DNA from: Callorhinchus milii
Lineage: Eukaryota
Length of the DNA stretch: 64,000 bases
Direction of reading: 5' to 3'
Assembly (NCBI RefSeq): GCF_018977255.1
Contig: NW_024704743.1
Coordinates: forward strand, 105,340,001 to 105,404,000
Shown: positions 11,066 through 24,340 of the stretch, piece by piece
How positions within the stretch are numbered: position 1 is the stretch's first letter
How the letters are laid out: the number at the start of each line of letters is the position of its first letter
Position numbers and translations under genes: made by a program
Notes under the pieces: model-generated
The model's input: the letters and a program-made list of their open reading frames with translations, nothing else
Told to the model about the DNA's origin: nothing
Databases searched by the model: none

Positions 11066-12090
11066 AAACAACAACAAGATTACATTTATAGCGCCTTTCA
11101 CGTCGGGAGGACGTCCCAAAGCCTGGACAGAGTACAGCATTTCAGACCCTAGCTGGGGTCGGAGGGGGGGGAAGGGAGGGGAAGGGGGGTGGCTGATGGC
11201 ATGGTCGAAGAGGAGGGTCCTGAGGCGGGACTTGAAGGAGACTAAGGAGGGGGCGAGGTGGAGTGACTGGGGGATGGAGTTCCAGAAGTTGGGGGCAGAG
11301 TGGCTGAATGCTCTCCCACCAATGGTGGGGCGGGTGGGTCGGGGGACGTGGAGCAGGCCAGAGCCGGCTGAGCGAAGGGAACGGGCGGGTTGGTAGAGGG
11401 TAAGGTGGTCGCAGAGGTAGGGTGGGGAGAGGCCATGAAGGGCTTTGTATGTGAGGACCAGGAGCTTGAACTGGATCCTCTGAAGGATAGGGAGCCACTG
11501 GAGTCGGGTGAGAGTGGAGGAGATGGTGTCACGGAGTTTGGTGCAGGAGAGGACACCGGCTGCAGAGTTCTGGATTATCTGCAGCCTGTGGAGGGAGGAG
11601 CGGAGTCGGGCAATGTTACGGAGGTGAGGGAAGACAGAGCGGGTAATGGCTTGAATGTGGGGAGAAGACAGTTGAGGGTCAAACAAGACACCTAGGTTCC
11701 TGACTGGCTTGGTGAGATGTAGTGTGCAACCATGGAGGTTGATGTTGCCAGAGCCTGAAGTGCTGGGACGCTGGCGCGAGCCAATCAGGAGGGCCTCACT
11801 CTTGTTCACATTCAACTGTAGGAAATTTGCCCTCATCCAGGACTTGATGTTCGACAGGCAGTCTGTCAGGACAGCAGTGGTCCTGGAGTTGAGGGTGGAG
11901 GCAGAAAGATAAGAGTTGGGTGTCATCTGCATAGATGTGGAAGTTGACCCCATGTCTGCGGATGATGTCACCAAGAGGGAGCATATAGATATTAAAGAGG
12001 AGAGGGCCAAGGACAGAGCCCTGGGGGACATCAGAAGTGACAGTGCAGGGGCTGGAGGAGAAACCATTAGAGGCAACGTGGTGAGAGAGA
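11066..12090 (-). mobile_element. L2 3' fragment (RT C-terminal part to tail)
   Basis: IYADDTQL, NFLQLNVNKSE, LQWLPILQRIQFK; (TTG)n tail. Confidence 0.93.
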
Positions 12091-12872
12091 TAGGAATCGA
12101 AACATTATACGTTTAAAAAAAACACAAATATACTGGCCCTCACACGACCTCAAAAACAATATAATAATAATTATCCTTGCATTTGATATGGCACTTTATC
12201 ACATCGATGTTAGGTCTCAAAGTGCTTCACAGGATATACTGTAAAGTGGATTTGATTGTGTATTATTGAGGTGAAACGTGACAGCCAATTGTGCACAGCA
12301 ATGTCCCACAAACAGCCATGGAGGAGTGACTAATTTTATTTGGGGGATTTGTTGGCTAGGACACCAGGAGAAATGCCCTTCTCATTTTGAATTGTGCCAT
12401 GATATCTTTAACGTCCACCTGAAAAGGCAGACGGGACCTCGATTTAAGGCCTCATCCAATTCTAGGATTCTATTTTTTATTCTAGGAGTTGAGGTATGAT
12501 GATGTTAAGAAAAAACACTACTGCAGTCCTTAAAGTTACTTGTATTAAAATACCCAAATGCTATTCAGGTTAAACAACATCCAACTAAAAGCTTATAGGA
12601 AAATAAATTAACACATCAACTTTGAAGTTTATAACATTCAAAGACTTATCCAGGAACAGAAATAATCTAAGTATTCTCCAGTTGAGTATGGATCAGGCAA
12701 ATTTGTGCATTTGGAGTTTTTCTCCAATATATCAGAAATATTCCTGAGCAAAAGCAATATGACAATCTATATTAAAAAAATCACCACTCATACATTAACT
12801 CAGAACAGAAAGCTTTACAATCAGTTACATACACTAAATACAGTTAAGTTACATTTATTTTGTGGTACTTAC

Positions 12873-13043
12873 CACAGCAAGCTGGGTTCTAGAAGCCACT
12901 GTGTGAAAGACAGCTGGCATCATTAAAGACTCTTCTACCTTCAGCCCCATCTCATTTTCTGCAGAAAATGTTGTCTTGGGTATAGTTGGTGCACGATCAC
13001 ACAAGATCATCTCTTTGTTGTACAGAAAGATTGGATTTGTATC
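12873..13043 (-). CDS. RB1CC1: RB1CC1 coding exon 3 (DTNPIFLYNKEMILCDRAP...VASRTQLAV)
   Basis: Within ORF 12855..13100. Acceptor CTACAG|GAT, donor GTG|GTAAGT, 171 nt. Confidence 0.97.
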
Positions 13044-15175
13044 CTGTAGTTTAAAAATAATCAAGAGTGGAACAATTCTTAGAACTGACAATGCTTTCAA
13101 GTAGTATCAGGCTACAGGAGAGAAGCAAGTTGGAGCATAGTTTACAAGTTACAGCTTATAAATATCTGACATTTATAGCTTGGAAATTGAAAAACAATTC
13201 AATAGTAACTGGACACTTTTTTTTTTACAGGATCCCTCCTACATGGGCAAGATTAAAAGTATGACAGCAAAACAGTCAACCATATAGGTGTGAACTTGTG
13301 CACAGGCAGTAATTTCCAAATTGAAAATAGCAGCCTGTTCTGCTCTGGCTGTGGACCTTCTCTGAACTTGGGAAAAGGAATGTAAAGATCAGCAATACCA
13401 AATCTTCATTCCCGACCTACATCTGCAGGGCTTACCCATAACTATAATAAAACCTGACAGCTGCCTGACAGACATCAGGGTGCACCAATCATCCTGTTTT
13501 CCTGACTGCTATTGCCTCCAAAAATGAAATGAAGCTCCATCTCAAGAGCTATCTTGACCATCTCCAGAAACAATAGTTGGGTTATAATGTGATCAGAATA
13601 TAAGCATTATCTCAGAACGTAGAATATCTTACCACAAATGGCTGTTGAAGCAGAATCCATATCAGTAGTTAACATTGAATTGGATACATACTCAAGGAGA
13701 AATAATAAAATGTATGTGTAAGAGCATAGAATGGGATTAGAACAAACAACTGTACAAGGAAATACATGATAAGCTCTTTCTGTGATATAAACTTTCTATG
13801 ATGCTACCTTGTAGCAGTATTATAATTTATATATAGGTGTGCATGCCTTTTAATAAACACCAAATAGAGATCACATTCCACTCTATCTTGTACGGTTCGC
13901 TGATGTAGAAACATTTTGACTTTGAAACTATAAATTGCTTATTTCATGCATTTCAAACCATACACATTAAAAGATTCATTGAGACTATTCAAAAGGAAAA
14001 GGGTGTTTCTCCATTGTCACAGCCATTTCTCTGCTATTTTGGGGACCTCCTGTATGCAAACTGATTACCATTTTTTCCTATAATTATAATCAATACTGTA
14101 GTCAATACACTTGACAGAAATTACCTGTGAAGTGCTTTGAGATATTTTAATGTTATAAATATTATACCAAATGCAATTATTATTAGACATAACTCTGTAA
14201 GCTACATACAAAAGACATAAAGTAAAATCATAAATAAGATATTAAAGATATAAAAAAGCCATAATTCTAATTAACAATAATCTTAAGAAGTTGTTTGTTA
14301 ATAGTAATACTAACAATAGATATAGCAACTTTCAAGCGGAAGACGTCTCAAAATGGATATACTGTAAAGTGTATTGACTGTGCATTTTGTAAGCAAACCC
14401 TTTGCTGGAGATTTTATTTGCAAACGATTCAGCAAGTTGCAAAAGTGCCTGTGAACTACCCATAGTCTTGACACAAAATACATTTTGAGCTTCATAAGAT
14501 ATTTGAAGGAAATTGCTTTGCGTCAATTCTGCTTATGCTGTTAAACAAAATTAAAGTGATTTCTTGACTGAAATTTTCTTATATGTGAATCACTCAAAAG
14601 ATTTACAAAAAAAGTAATGGTTGATGATAGGAATTTTGGTCAGTTCATTGTAAACCAAAGTATTAAGAAGCAAATGTTCAGCTCACCCATAACACAATTC
14701 AGATGAATTTAAAATACTATTAGTCTCTGATTCTGAATAATGCTGGAGTTAAACTTTATACAGCCCCAAAGCCGAAAATCAAAATTGTGCAATTACTTTA
14801 AACAGCTCCATTTGTGTATTGTCTTCCACATTTCCCAGATGCATGCACCACAAAGACTCCCCCTTTCCCTGTTCCAGTTTCCTCCAGGGAACCAACTTAT
14901 TAAACAGAGGCCCCCGGATAGCACAAATCAGTTTCATTCCTTTACAAACAATATTAGAACTGAATGGAAAGCCTGCTGACCACATTGTTATAACAGCCAC
15001 TTCACATGTCTTCACTCCATATTTAGCTACAACTACAACAAAAGTTTGCATTCATATAGCACCTTTAAAAAAGAAAGTCTAAAAATGCCTAGCAAATATG
15101 ATAAGGAGCACTGAGCACATATTTGAAAAAAATTATGTTTTTACGAGGATTTTACAGATAAGGGAAGCAAAAGTA

Positions 15176-15900
15176 ACAACAACAAATTGAATTCACACAG
15201 CAACTTTCAGGAAGATGTCCCCAAAGTAATGCAACAACAAAATTACATTTGTATAGCACCTTTCATGTCAGAAGTCCATCTCAAGTTGCTGGACTGTCAA
15301 GAATTTGTACCCGAGCTGAGGGTTGGTATCAAGAAGGGTGGAGGCCAGGGAGAGAAGGGGTAGAAAGGTGACCAAAGCCTGGACAATCAATGTTTGGGAC
15401 CCGAGCTGGGGGTCAGGATCGGGGAAGGTGGAGAGCAGGGTAGGGGGGGCGCGGGGGGGGAAGGATGGTGACCGAAGGCACAATCGAAGATGGTCTTGAG
15501 ACGGTCTTGAAGGAGGCAAGAGGGGATGAGGCAGAGGGACTGCGGGATGGAGTTCCAGAAGGTGGGGGTAGAGTGGTATGAGACAGTGGCAATGTTGCGG
15601 AGGTGGGGAAAGGTGGAGTGGGTCATGGTACGGATGTGGGTAATGAAGGACAGTTGAGGATCGAACAGGACGCCGAGGTTCCATATTGACTCCGAGAGTG
15701 TATCCATGGAGGGCGATGCTGTCAGAAAACAAGCTATGAAGGCACTGACGGGAGACAAGCAGGTGGGCCTCAGTCTTGCTGACATTCAACTGCAGGAAGT
15801 TAGGTCATGTAAAGAAGTTTTTGAGCAAAGTTTCTAGAGTACAACAACTTGCACTTATATAGCGCCCTCCATGCAGGTTAGAGTCTCAGAGCGCTTAACA
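15176..15900 (-). mobile_element. Stack of 3-4 L2 3'-end fragments in tandem
   Basis: (CAA)n tails at about 15176, 15232 and 15841, plus RT fragment LGVLFDPQLSF. Confidence 0.8.
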
Positions 15901-16939
15901 GTGGTGGAGCATGACTACAAAAAGCCTGCTAACTGAACTCCTCAAACACCATGACAGCATTCTGGAGCACCACATTTTTATACCAACATAAACAAGATTG
16001 GGAGAGAAAAAAAAAATCAAACTGAAAGTTTTTTTTTGAAAAAAATACTCATTCAGTGGAGACCTTTTTTTAATGTATTGACATGCAGAGCCAACTGGTG
16101 AGTTTCCCATGCTAAAATATGACCATCTTCCAGGTAATCGGGTCACCACTGACATCACTTCACATGTGCGATGTAAGAATTGATATCCGCAGCAATTTGA
16201 CCATGAAGTTGGCCATTTTATCACAAGAGCCAGCCAACAAATGGGGTTCACACCACAAATGTGTCATAACAGAATCAGCATTGCAAAGAATCAAGTTGTA
16301 ATGGGCCCCATTTTACATCATACAACTTGGCATAAAGCATTGTGAAATTAAATTCTTATTCCTCTCACACATATGAAGGTAAAATATAAAACATTTGATT
16401 TGATGCAATCTAGCCTTGGGTTAATGGTTGCAGCCAAGAATTACTCCATTATTTTACTGATCCTAATCACAGAGGATTGGCATTTTGAATGCAGCTAAAA
16501 GCCAAATGCTTACTTAACTCAGTCCACATCCTGTTAACTATCTCTACTGCCTCCTAGATTAGATGCAGACAAGAGGTTGGTGTAACTTTTTCAAGTCACA
16601 AATGCGAGCAAACTATTGTTTTTTAAGAATGGTGAAACATTTTTCATAAAAGAGTCAATGCAAAACAAACAACAAATCTATTATGAAACTTCACAATTAT
16701 GTATCATTCAAATCAACTATGAACTCTCAATTTGAAATTCATGATGTTGAAATCAATTATTACATGTACAATTATGTATGTTATGAAATGTCACATTTAT
16801 GAGTGTTCTAAAAAATCACAAAAAAGATTAGATCCAAATTTCATCCGATAATCCACATTCAATCCAAACACTAATCATTTATTTGGAGGTTTATCATCAA
16901 GGATATAATCATACAAATTACTGATAAATGATAACCTAC

Positions 16940-17066
16940 CGTTCCAGCACTGTAGTTACAAACACGCCTGTCTGCAACCATGCATTCCCCTCCATTGACA
17001 ACCAATACTTGATGCTGAGTCGCAATCTTATATTTAGCTTGGATGGCATGCTTAAGATCTGCAACA
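16940..17066 (-). CDS. RB1CC1: RB1CC1 coding exon 2 (VADLKHAIQAKYKIATQHQVLVVNGGECMVADRRVCNYSAGT)
   Basis: Near-identical to the RB1CC1 N-terminal region. Acceptor TTCAG|T, donor ACG|GTAGGT, 127 nt, phase matches both neighbours. Confidence 0.97.
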
Positions 17067-17700
17067 CTGAAGTGAAATATTTGTAACATTTTATTAAAAG
17101 AAAATGGTTGATGAATCAATTCATAACTACTCTGGGGTACTTGTTCACGACAATAGGCACATTACTGTGATTGATATTCTTAATAACAGAATATCAATTG
17201 TAAATTATGTAATTTGTGATGCATACATCAAACATACTATATTTCACATACATTAAAACACAAGATTATTAACTTTCTTATCTTTATTTTAAACTCATGG
17301 TAGTTAACCTCTTCCATCCCCACTGCACATTCTACCAGAGAAAAGATCAGTCATTTCTCCTACCGGATACAGCAAAATATTATCACCTGTACATACATTT
17401 TGACCCTTCAGTCTATAGTAAAGTTAATTTCTTACTCCTGCTATCTTTTGACATCTTTTCCTTTGTAAACAAAACATTACCTCTCCTACCAGCAAACACA
17501 TGAATAACTTCACCCAACGCTGCAGTTTGTCATTAAAAGAGCTTTGTAGGTTACGAATTAGGGAGACGAGTGTTGTTGTGTGCTATTCAACATGCACTAA
17601 ACCATTCAGTGATACTATGGCCATAAAAGAATCTTACATTTAGCTCTTTTTTGTTTCAAGAAATGAAAACTAATGAAATACTCTCATGCTAACTACTCAC

Positions 17701-17771
17701 GTCTGTACAGCAAGTTCAGTGTCGAATGTAAGGGTAGTTCCAGTGTTGACCAGAAATACATACAACTTCAT
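17701..17771 (-). CDS. RB1CC1: RB1CC1/FIP200 coding exon 1 (start codon; MKLYVFLVNTGTTLTFDTELAVQT). The exon probably begins at 17822 with 51 nt of 5' UTR.
   Basis: Manual translation matches the vertebrate RB1CC1 N-terminus. ATG at 17771-17769, donor AC|GTGAGT, acceptor TTTTTAG|G at 17822. Missed by the ORF track. Confidence 0.96.
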
Positions 17772-18012
17772 GTTGCTGCTCCCACTTCTGTCACCTTTCA
17801 CTTTACTTCGCTCATTTATCACCTAAAAATCAGTAAAACAAGCAACATTTTAGCTATCAAAGATTGTATATTTTGTTGCAAAATATAAAACATTATAAAG
17901 TAAATTAATTTGCTCATCTTGGATATAACTTAATAGTCCTCTTACCAACATGGGCACAATACAAAACTTTCAGAGTGTGAAAAGCAAAACATGCAAATAG
18001 TCAATGTAAGGG

Positions 18013-18459
18013 AGGCCTTGCTCCCTCCTACCTCTCCAACCTACTATCCCCCTACCTACCTGCCCGTACCCTCCGTTCCTCTGGCTCCGGTCTGCTCCAC
18101 GTCCCCCGCCCCAACCGCCCTACTATCGGTGGTCGGGCCTTCAGCCTCTCAGCCCCCAGGCTCTGGAACTCCATCCCCCAGTGCCTTCGCCTTGCTTCCT
18201 CCCTTTCCTCCTTCAAGGCCGGTCTCAAAACCTTTCTCTTTGACCGTGCCTTCAGCTCCCCTCTCGACTCTCTTCCTCCTCCTCGCTCCCTCCCTTCCCT
18301 CCCCTCACCCTGACCATTTCCCCCCTCCTCTCTCCCTCCCTTCCCTCCCCTCACCCTGACCATTTCCCCCCTGCTCGGGTCATGACCCAACTGTGCAGCG
18401 CCTTGGGACGTCCTCCTGACGTGAAAGGCGCTTTATAAATGGAATCTTGTTGTTGTTGT
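18013..18459 (+). mobile_element. Young L2 3' fragment with an internal tandem duplication of about 45 bp
   Basis: Almost identical to 62800-63188. CCCTCCCCTCACCCTGACCATTTCCCCCCT occurs twice. Confidence 0.93.
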
Positions 18460-19197
18460 ATGCAACTGAACATAGCAAAGCGTTACTTTTGGATATGAAA
18501 AGGCAAATGGGAATACCGCATGTTCTAAATAGGAATAAGGGCAGATCTGGTGCACAATGTTTTTTGATCAGCCAGATGCGTGACACACGCAGAAACCTAT
18601 CACCATGCTTAAGAGCATCCAAACCAAACTGAGAATTCTACGCATCACATCTACACATGGAAATCCTAGAGACAGATTGTCGGAATGGAATGGGCAGTCT
18701 CTCCCTGGAAGGACGCATCCTGCTTACCTAATTCCAGAAAATATTAGGCATAGGTTGGCAAGACCACAAAGTGTGCATTTGGGTACTACTGGTGTCAAAC
18801 CAGCTAAAACTACATCGCTTGCCAGTGATATCGCTATCTGGCAAGGTTTCCCATGATATAAATGGCAAGCCTACCTGTTAGGGTGCACAAATCTCTATAA
18901 TTGTACTTTGAGAGGTCCTCCCAACGTGAAAGGCACAATGCCAAATGCAAGGATTATTATTTTATACAGTGCTTTCAGCATCAAGTTATTATTGGCTGCA
19001 TCAAAGCTTCCTAAAAATTGGTTTTCGTACCAGAAGGAAACAAAATCGATGAAATGTGGAATCAACACAGAATTTTATAAATTGTATAAACCATTACAAC
19101 AACATGTATTCATATAGTGCCCTTCATGCGGGTTTGCATCAGAGTGTTTGCATTATTAGCATTATGCATTTACAGTAAATATACTACCCCACATCTG

Positions 19198-19847
19198 TGC
19201 CTTCTACCCCACATCCGTGCCATGACCCGCTCTGCCATTCACCACCTCCACAACATTACTTGGCTCTGCCACTGCCTCTCCCTTCAGGCCACCAAAACCC
19301 TTATCCACACATTTATCACATCGAGGCTCAACTATGCCAATTCTCTGCTGATCAGCCTTCCTATCTCTTCCCTCAACAAGCTGCAGATCATTCAGAACTC
19401 TCCAGCTCATGTCCTCTCCCGCACCAGGCTCCATGACCCTATCCCTATTCTCGCCCTGCTCCACTGGGTCCCCATCCCCCAGAGGATAGAGTTCAAAATC
19501 CTCGTCCTCACCCGAAAGACCCGCCATAGCCTTGCTCCTACCTGTGACCCCATATCAATCTGTCCGTTCCCTTCGCTGAGCAGTCTCCGGCCTGCTCCAT
19601 GTCCCCCACTCGGCCCGCCCCACCATCAGCGGTCCAGTATTCTGCCTCTGTGCCCCCCACACTTTGAAAATTCATCTCACAGTCCCTTTGCCTTGCTCCC
19701 TCCCTTTAAAGTATGTCTCAAGACCCTCCTCTTCGACCACCCTCCTACCCCTAACCCCCAACTCCTGAATCCAACCCCCTGACTGTCCCGCGCTTTGGGA
19801 CATCCTCCCAACGTGAAAAGCGATATACAAATGTAATTTATTATTGT
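19198..19847 (+). mobile_element. L2 3' fragment
   Basis: [25 protein letters not shown] in ORF 19117..19782. Confidence 0.9.
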
Positions 19848-20039
19848 TTTAGAATATAAAATTCTGTGTTATACTAAAAAGTTTATGTTAGTTTAATGAC
19901 TTCTTCTCATATTTATATCACAGCAGTTCAAACTCTGCATAAGAGCAGATTATAGGATGAGGATCAACTTAACAGAAGCAGGAGGAGATCGTTTAGGGGA
20001 GGAGGTCACACATTGCACTTCAACTGCAAGTGACATAAT

Positions 20040-20370
20040 GATAAATAGAGAAGCTATTTCCTCTGGTGGGGGAATCCAAAACATGGAGGCAGTCTTAAAA
20101 TTAGAACCAGGCAATTAAGAATGAAATCAGGAAGCATTTTCTCACTCAAAGGGTGGTAGAAATCTGGAATTCTCTCCCCCATGGATGCTGAATCCACCCA
20201 CACCTTCAAGAGTGAAGTTGGTAGATTTTTGGTAGGTCAGGCTATTAAGGGATAGAGAAAGCGGGAAGTTGGAATTGAAAGGATTAGTTGAGGTACAGAT
20301 CAGCCATGATCGAATTAAATGGCGGAACAGGCTTGAAGGGTTGAAGAACATGTACTCCTATTCCTATGAT
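20040..20370 (+). mobile_element. CR1 3' remnant. Similar remnants at about 1700-2060, 4975-5165(-), 13590-13800, 37215-37450, 40560-40690, 48955-49190, 49780-49940 and 51075-51280.
   Basis: Degenerate FSQRVVEIWNSLP-like coding remnants and GGGCCGAATGGCCT / (ATTCTATG)n 3' ends. Confidence 0.75.
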
Positions 20371-21548
20371 AAGTCACAAAAAAATTTCTGATGAATAGAT
20401 ATGTTGAGAATCTGAGTAAACTTGAGCCAGAGGAGGTTAAGGGTGATCTGATGAGATCTTTAAAATAATAAAGAAAATTAATAAAGCAAACAAGTTACAG
20501 GTGCAGTGCAGGGGTAACATCATCTTAACATCTAAGCTAATTAACAGTGTCCGTGCACATTTCACACACATATGGTTGGTTGAGAGAAATGTGGAATGTA
20601 GTTTTAAAAGCAACAGATCAGATTTTTAAAAAAAAGAGATATATTGATATGTACTTTGTAAGATTCAGGTAAGAATCAGGTGAGTCGGTTCCGTCACCCT
20701 CATATGTCAACCCACGATATGGCTCGCTCTCCCTCGCAGTGTACTGGGTGGCCTCTATGTTCAATCCTCATTAATGAATCCAGTCCCTATAACTAGGTGT
20801 AACTTGACATGAGTTCTTCTACAACAGGTACTACCAATTGCTATTTAAATTAAGGCAAATTGGGAAGCTTCAGTCAATCAGAGGTTTATTTTACACCACT
20901 GTGACTCAGGTTGAACCTGTTTGTGTATTCCCTCCTTTGATTTATACAGAAAGCTTGAGAAAGCACTTTTAAGTTAGCTCAACGGAATTTTATTGCAACT
21001 TTGATGAAATCCACAACCCTCGGCATTAGATCTTAAACGACACAATAAATATCAACAAACACAACTATGAGATAACAAAATTCACACTTAAAACTACATT
21101 CCCTAGCAGCCACTTGTAATAAAGTTAATGTAAAAGTGCATGAAGAACCAACCTCTTGACTACTACTCATTAATAGTCAGAGCATGTACCTTTGTTGTCA
21201 TCAAGTAGAAAAATAGTGACCATGAGCGCTCGTTCTTTTATGGGCATTGAGCCCCTGCCTGAATTAGTTTACCCAATTCAGGGAGGAAGTAATTGCACCA
21301 ATTGCTTGATGTAATTGGTGCCTGTTTTAATGGTCAGATCCTCCCCTCAGTTGTCCAATAGGGGACAAATACACTTCCAACCCTTCATTTGCACATTGGA
21401 AGGGTAACTTACCCACCAAATTGTTGCAACTGACGCTAGAGTCAGACTTGATGGCACCATAAGTATCAAAAAACGTTGAATACATAAAGCACTACACAAT
21501 ATATTTAAATAGAAGACATAGAAAACAAAAGGGGTGACCGTGACACAG

Positions 21549-21735
21549 GAACAACAACAACAAAATTACATTTATAGAGTGCCTTTCACGTCAGGAGGAT
21601 ATCCCAGCCGCTGGACAGTCAGGGGTCAGGACCCGAGCATGGGGGAGCGGTGGGGTATGGGTGAGGGAAGGCAGAGAGGTGGGAAGGCGACTGAAGGCAC
21701 GATCGAAGGGGAAGATCTGAAGGATGCAAGGGAGG
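21549..21735 (-). mobile_element. L2 3' tail fragment
   Basis: (CAA)n tail followed by GCCTTTCACGTCAGGAGGA. Confidence 0.8.
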
Positions 21736-21866
21736 AAACAAATTAATTCAGGGGAACAAATTAATTAAGGGAAATGGAAAAGACATCAGAAAGAAAAACT
21801 ACTGTGACTCCCAAAAAAGTCAACTAGCTGATAATCTGCACCTTCTCCCATACTTTGGATCCTTAC

Positions 21867-21959
21867 ATTGTTTGAGCTTTTTCTAAGGACAGAAATTTAT
21901 ACTGATGCTGTATTTATATTGCTGGAAGGAAAACTACTAAGAAACATATGACATTAAAC
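21867..21959 (-). other. RB1CC1: Candidate non-coding 5' UTR exon of RB1CC1
   Basis: Non-repetitive sequence between the CpG island and coding exon 1, with acceptor TTATTTTGTTTATTAGCACAG|G and donor AAT|GTAAGG. Splice signals only; no transcript data. Confidence 0.35.
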
Positions 21960-22896
21960 CTGTGCTAATAAACAAAATAAAGACATTCGGTATCAAGGGT
22001 GGATGAAAAATGAATCTTGTAGTGTAAGATAAAGACTTTGTGTGTCATTTTACACCTCTATCTATCTGAGAGGAATATTTCCATTAAGCAGTTTGTCAGT
22101 TACAGTATGTGCAAAACAAGAACTCATTCTCCCCAAATCCCTCAACCTGTTCAGCAGTTTGCCAACTTTAGCAATTATTATCACTAAGAAAAATGGTCAT
22201 CTAAAGTATAGACATCCGGTTTATGAAACTAATGTAAACTCCATAAGACAGAACTATTTTATTGCAACCTCCTGCGTGGAGTGTTATCTATTTGAATGTT
22301 TGTTTTAAAAGAACAACTATATTGTTAGTAAACTTTCTAATTGATATGCCTTTCCCAAATTGTTCCTTTTTTAAATATTAAAATCTAGAATTTGAAATTT
22401 TCCTAATCACATAATACTGTACTTTGTTATTAATATTGTTGAAAGTGTACATTTTTGTACTCATTTCTCAAAACAACGGTAGTACAAGTTTTTTTACTTC
22501 CCCACTGCAGTACTTCTTATGTTATGTATACCACAACATATTACAAATGTTTGCTGATTAACTTTTGACTTACACTTGTACAAGTAAAATTTTCAGATTC
22601 CAGGAATGCTCCCTGAAAGTACAATTTACCCTTTTCAAATCTATCATGGTTCACAAAGAAAATACAGATCTCAATGCATGTATGTTGAAATAATTTAATG
22701 GCCTACGGTACTTCTTTTATAATCTCAAATATTCTGTAAATAATTCAATAAACTGAGGTTATGGAATTAAGCACCAAAAGGTTTACAGTATTTTAACAAA
22801 TGAAAATTTGCACAAATATTAGCATTTGAAGCATTAAACACTTTTAAGATATGATATAATTGAATTAATAACAAGTGACTCAAGTTCAAACTACAA

Positions 22897-23238
22897 CAAT
22901 AATAATCCTTACATTTGATATAGAGCTTTATCACGTCTTTGAGACATCTCCATGCCCTTCACAGAATATACTGTAAAATGAATTGACTGTATATTTTGTG
23001 AAGCAGCCAATTATGCACAGCAATGTCCTACAAGCAGTTGTGGATTGAAGTGACCAATTTATTATTTTTTTGAAGGAATTATTACCCCCGGAAAAGCGAT
23101 CCGCCAATCGACTAACAACCGGGTTCCTACTTACTCCTATTAAACAGAGGTGTATGGAGCAAGGAAACTTTGCCCAACATTTCTCCCTGCCGGGAATAGA
23201 ACCCAGGTCTCTCACTTGCGAGGCGAGTGCTCGAACCA
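22897..23238 (-). mobile_element. Same SINE, long subfamily
   Basis: Reverse complement of the long form. Confidence 0.88.
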
Positions 23239-23505
23239 TGCCAAGAAACAAGAAAAATCAAATATACAATAGATGTGCATTTTTTTAAAAAAGTACATGC
23301 TAATCTTTATTGGCCTAGGTTTAAGGAACTCAAAGTGCATAAACTTTCACATTAGCCTCAATACTAGTCTGTATCCTTCTAAGAACACATTTGAAACCAT
23401 TTTAATCGTCAGTGATTTCTTAATACCGGTTAAGGATAAATACTCCAATGAAAGACTATTAAAAAAATTAATGTGAAAATCTATGATTATGAAACAGCAA
23501 TGCCA

Positions 23506-23608
23506 TTTACTTTAATTCCAGAGTACCTTAACTATTACTTAATGCCAGTTAAACCTCATCTATTACTCAATGCCAGTGAACCTCAGCTATTATTACTCAA
23601 TGACAGTG
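23506..23608. repeat. Short minisatellite, about 27-bp unit CTATTACTCAATGCCAGTGAACCTCA, 3-4 copies
   Basis: Directly visible tandem copies. Confidence 0.8.
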
Positions 23609-23749
23609 TGATGCACAATCATAATAACCTGTTATTTAAAATACATTTCCAAATATACCTGCAAACCCATTATATATTAACTTAGGTATATTAATCTGCT
23701 GAGTATTTTCAGAGATTTCTGCTTTTGCTTTCTTAAATTAGATCTGCTG

Positions 23750-24340
23750 GGGAATGGGGGGAATGGGCAGTGGAGCAAAGTGAGGGTGAGGACACAAGCT
23801 GCAGAATTCCAGAGGGTCTGCTGCTTCTGGAAGTAGGAACTAGGGAGTTCAGCGAGCAGACCATTAAAGTAGTCAAGCCAAGACATGATGAGGATAGTTT
23901 GGAAGAGGGAAGGGTGAACAAGACACCGAGATTCTGCACTGGCTCTGTGAAGTGGAATGAGCCTCCATGCAGATCAATGCAATCAGCACGTGAGGTGAGA
24001 TAGAATTGATAGGAGCTAAGCACAAGTAAATGGTCTTGACTTCACTGAGCTGCAGAAGGTTATAATTCATCCAAAACTTGATTCTGACGGGCAATCAGTC
24101 AGAACAACAGTGATCCTAGAATCAAGGATGAAGGCTGAGAAATAGTATTGGGTGTCATCCATGTGCATGCTTAAGGAAGATATCTCCAAGAGGGAACCAT
24201 ATAGATGAAGAGCAGAGGACGCAGGATAGAGACCAGAGAAAGGCTACGTGTGACTGTGCAGATGCTGGAGGAGAAGCCATTGGAAGAGACAAAGTGTAAT
24301 GGCTGGGACAGGTAAGATTGAAACCAGGAAAGGACAGCAC
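23750..24340 (-). mobile_element. Old L2 RT fragment
   Basis: Degenerate PVQNLGVLF and WMNYNLLQL motifs. Confidence 0.7.

Noticed and set aside
15900..16320. Possible DNA-transposon remnant (also 18460-18880 ending in TGGCAAGCCTA, and 20690-21100)
   Set aside because: I could not identify paired TIRs/LTRs or TSDs by eye.
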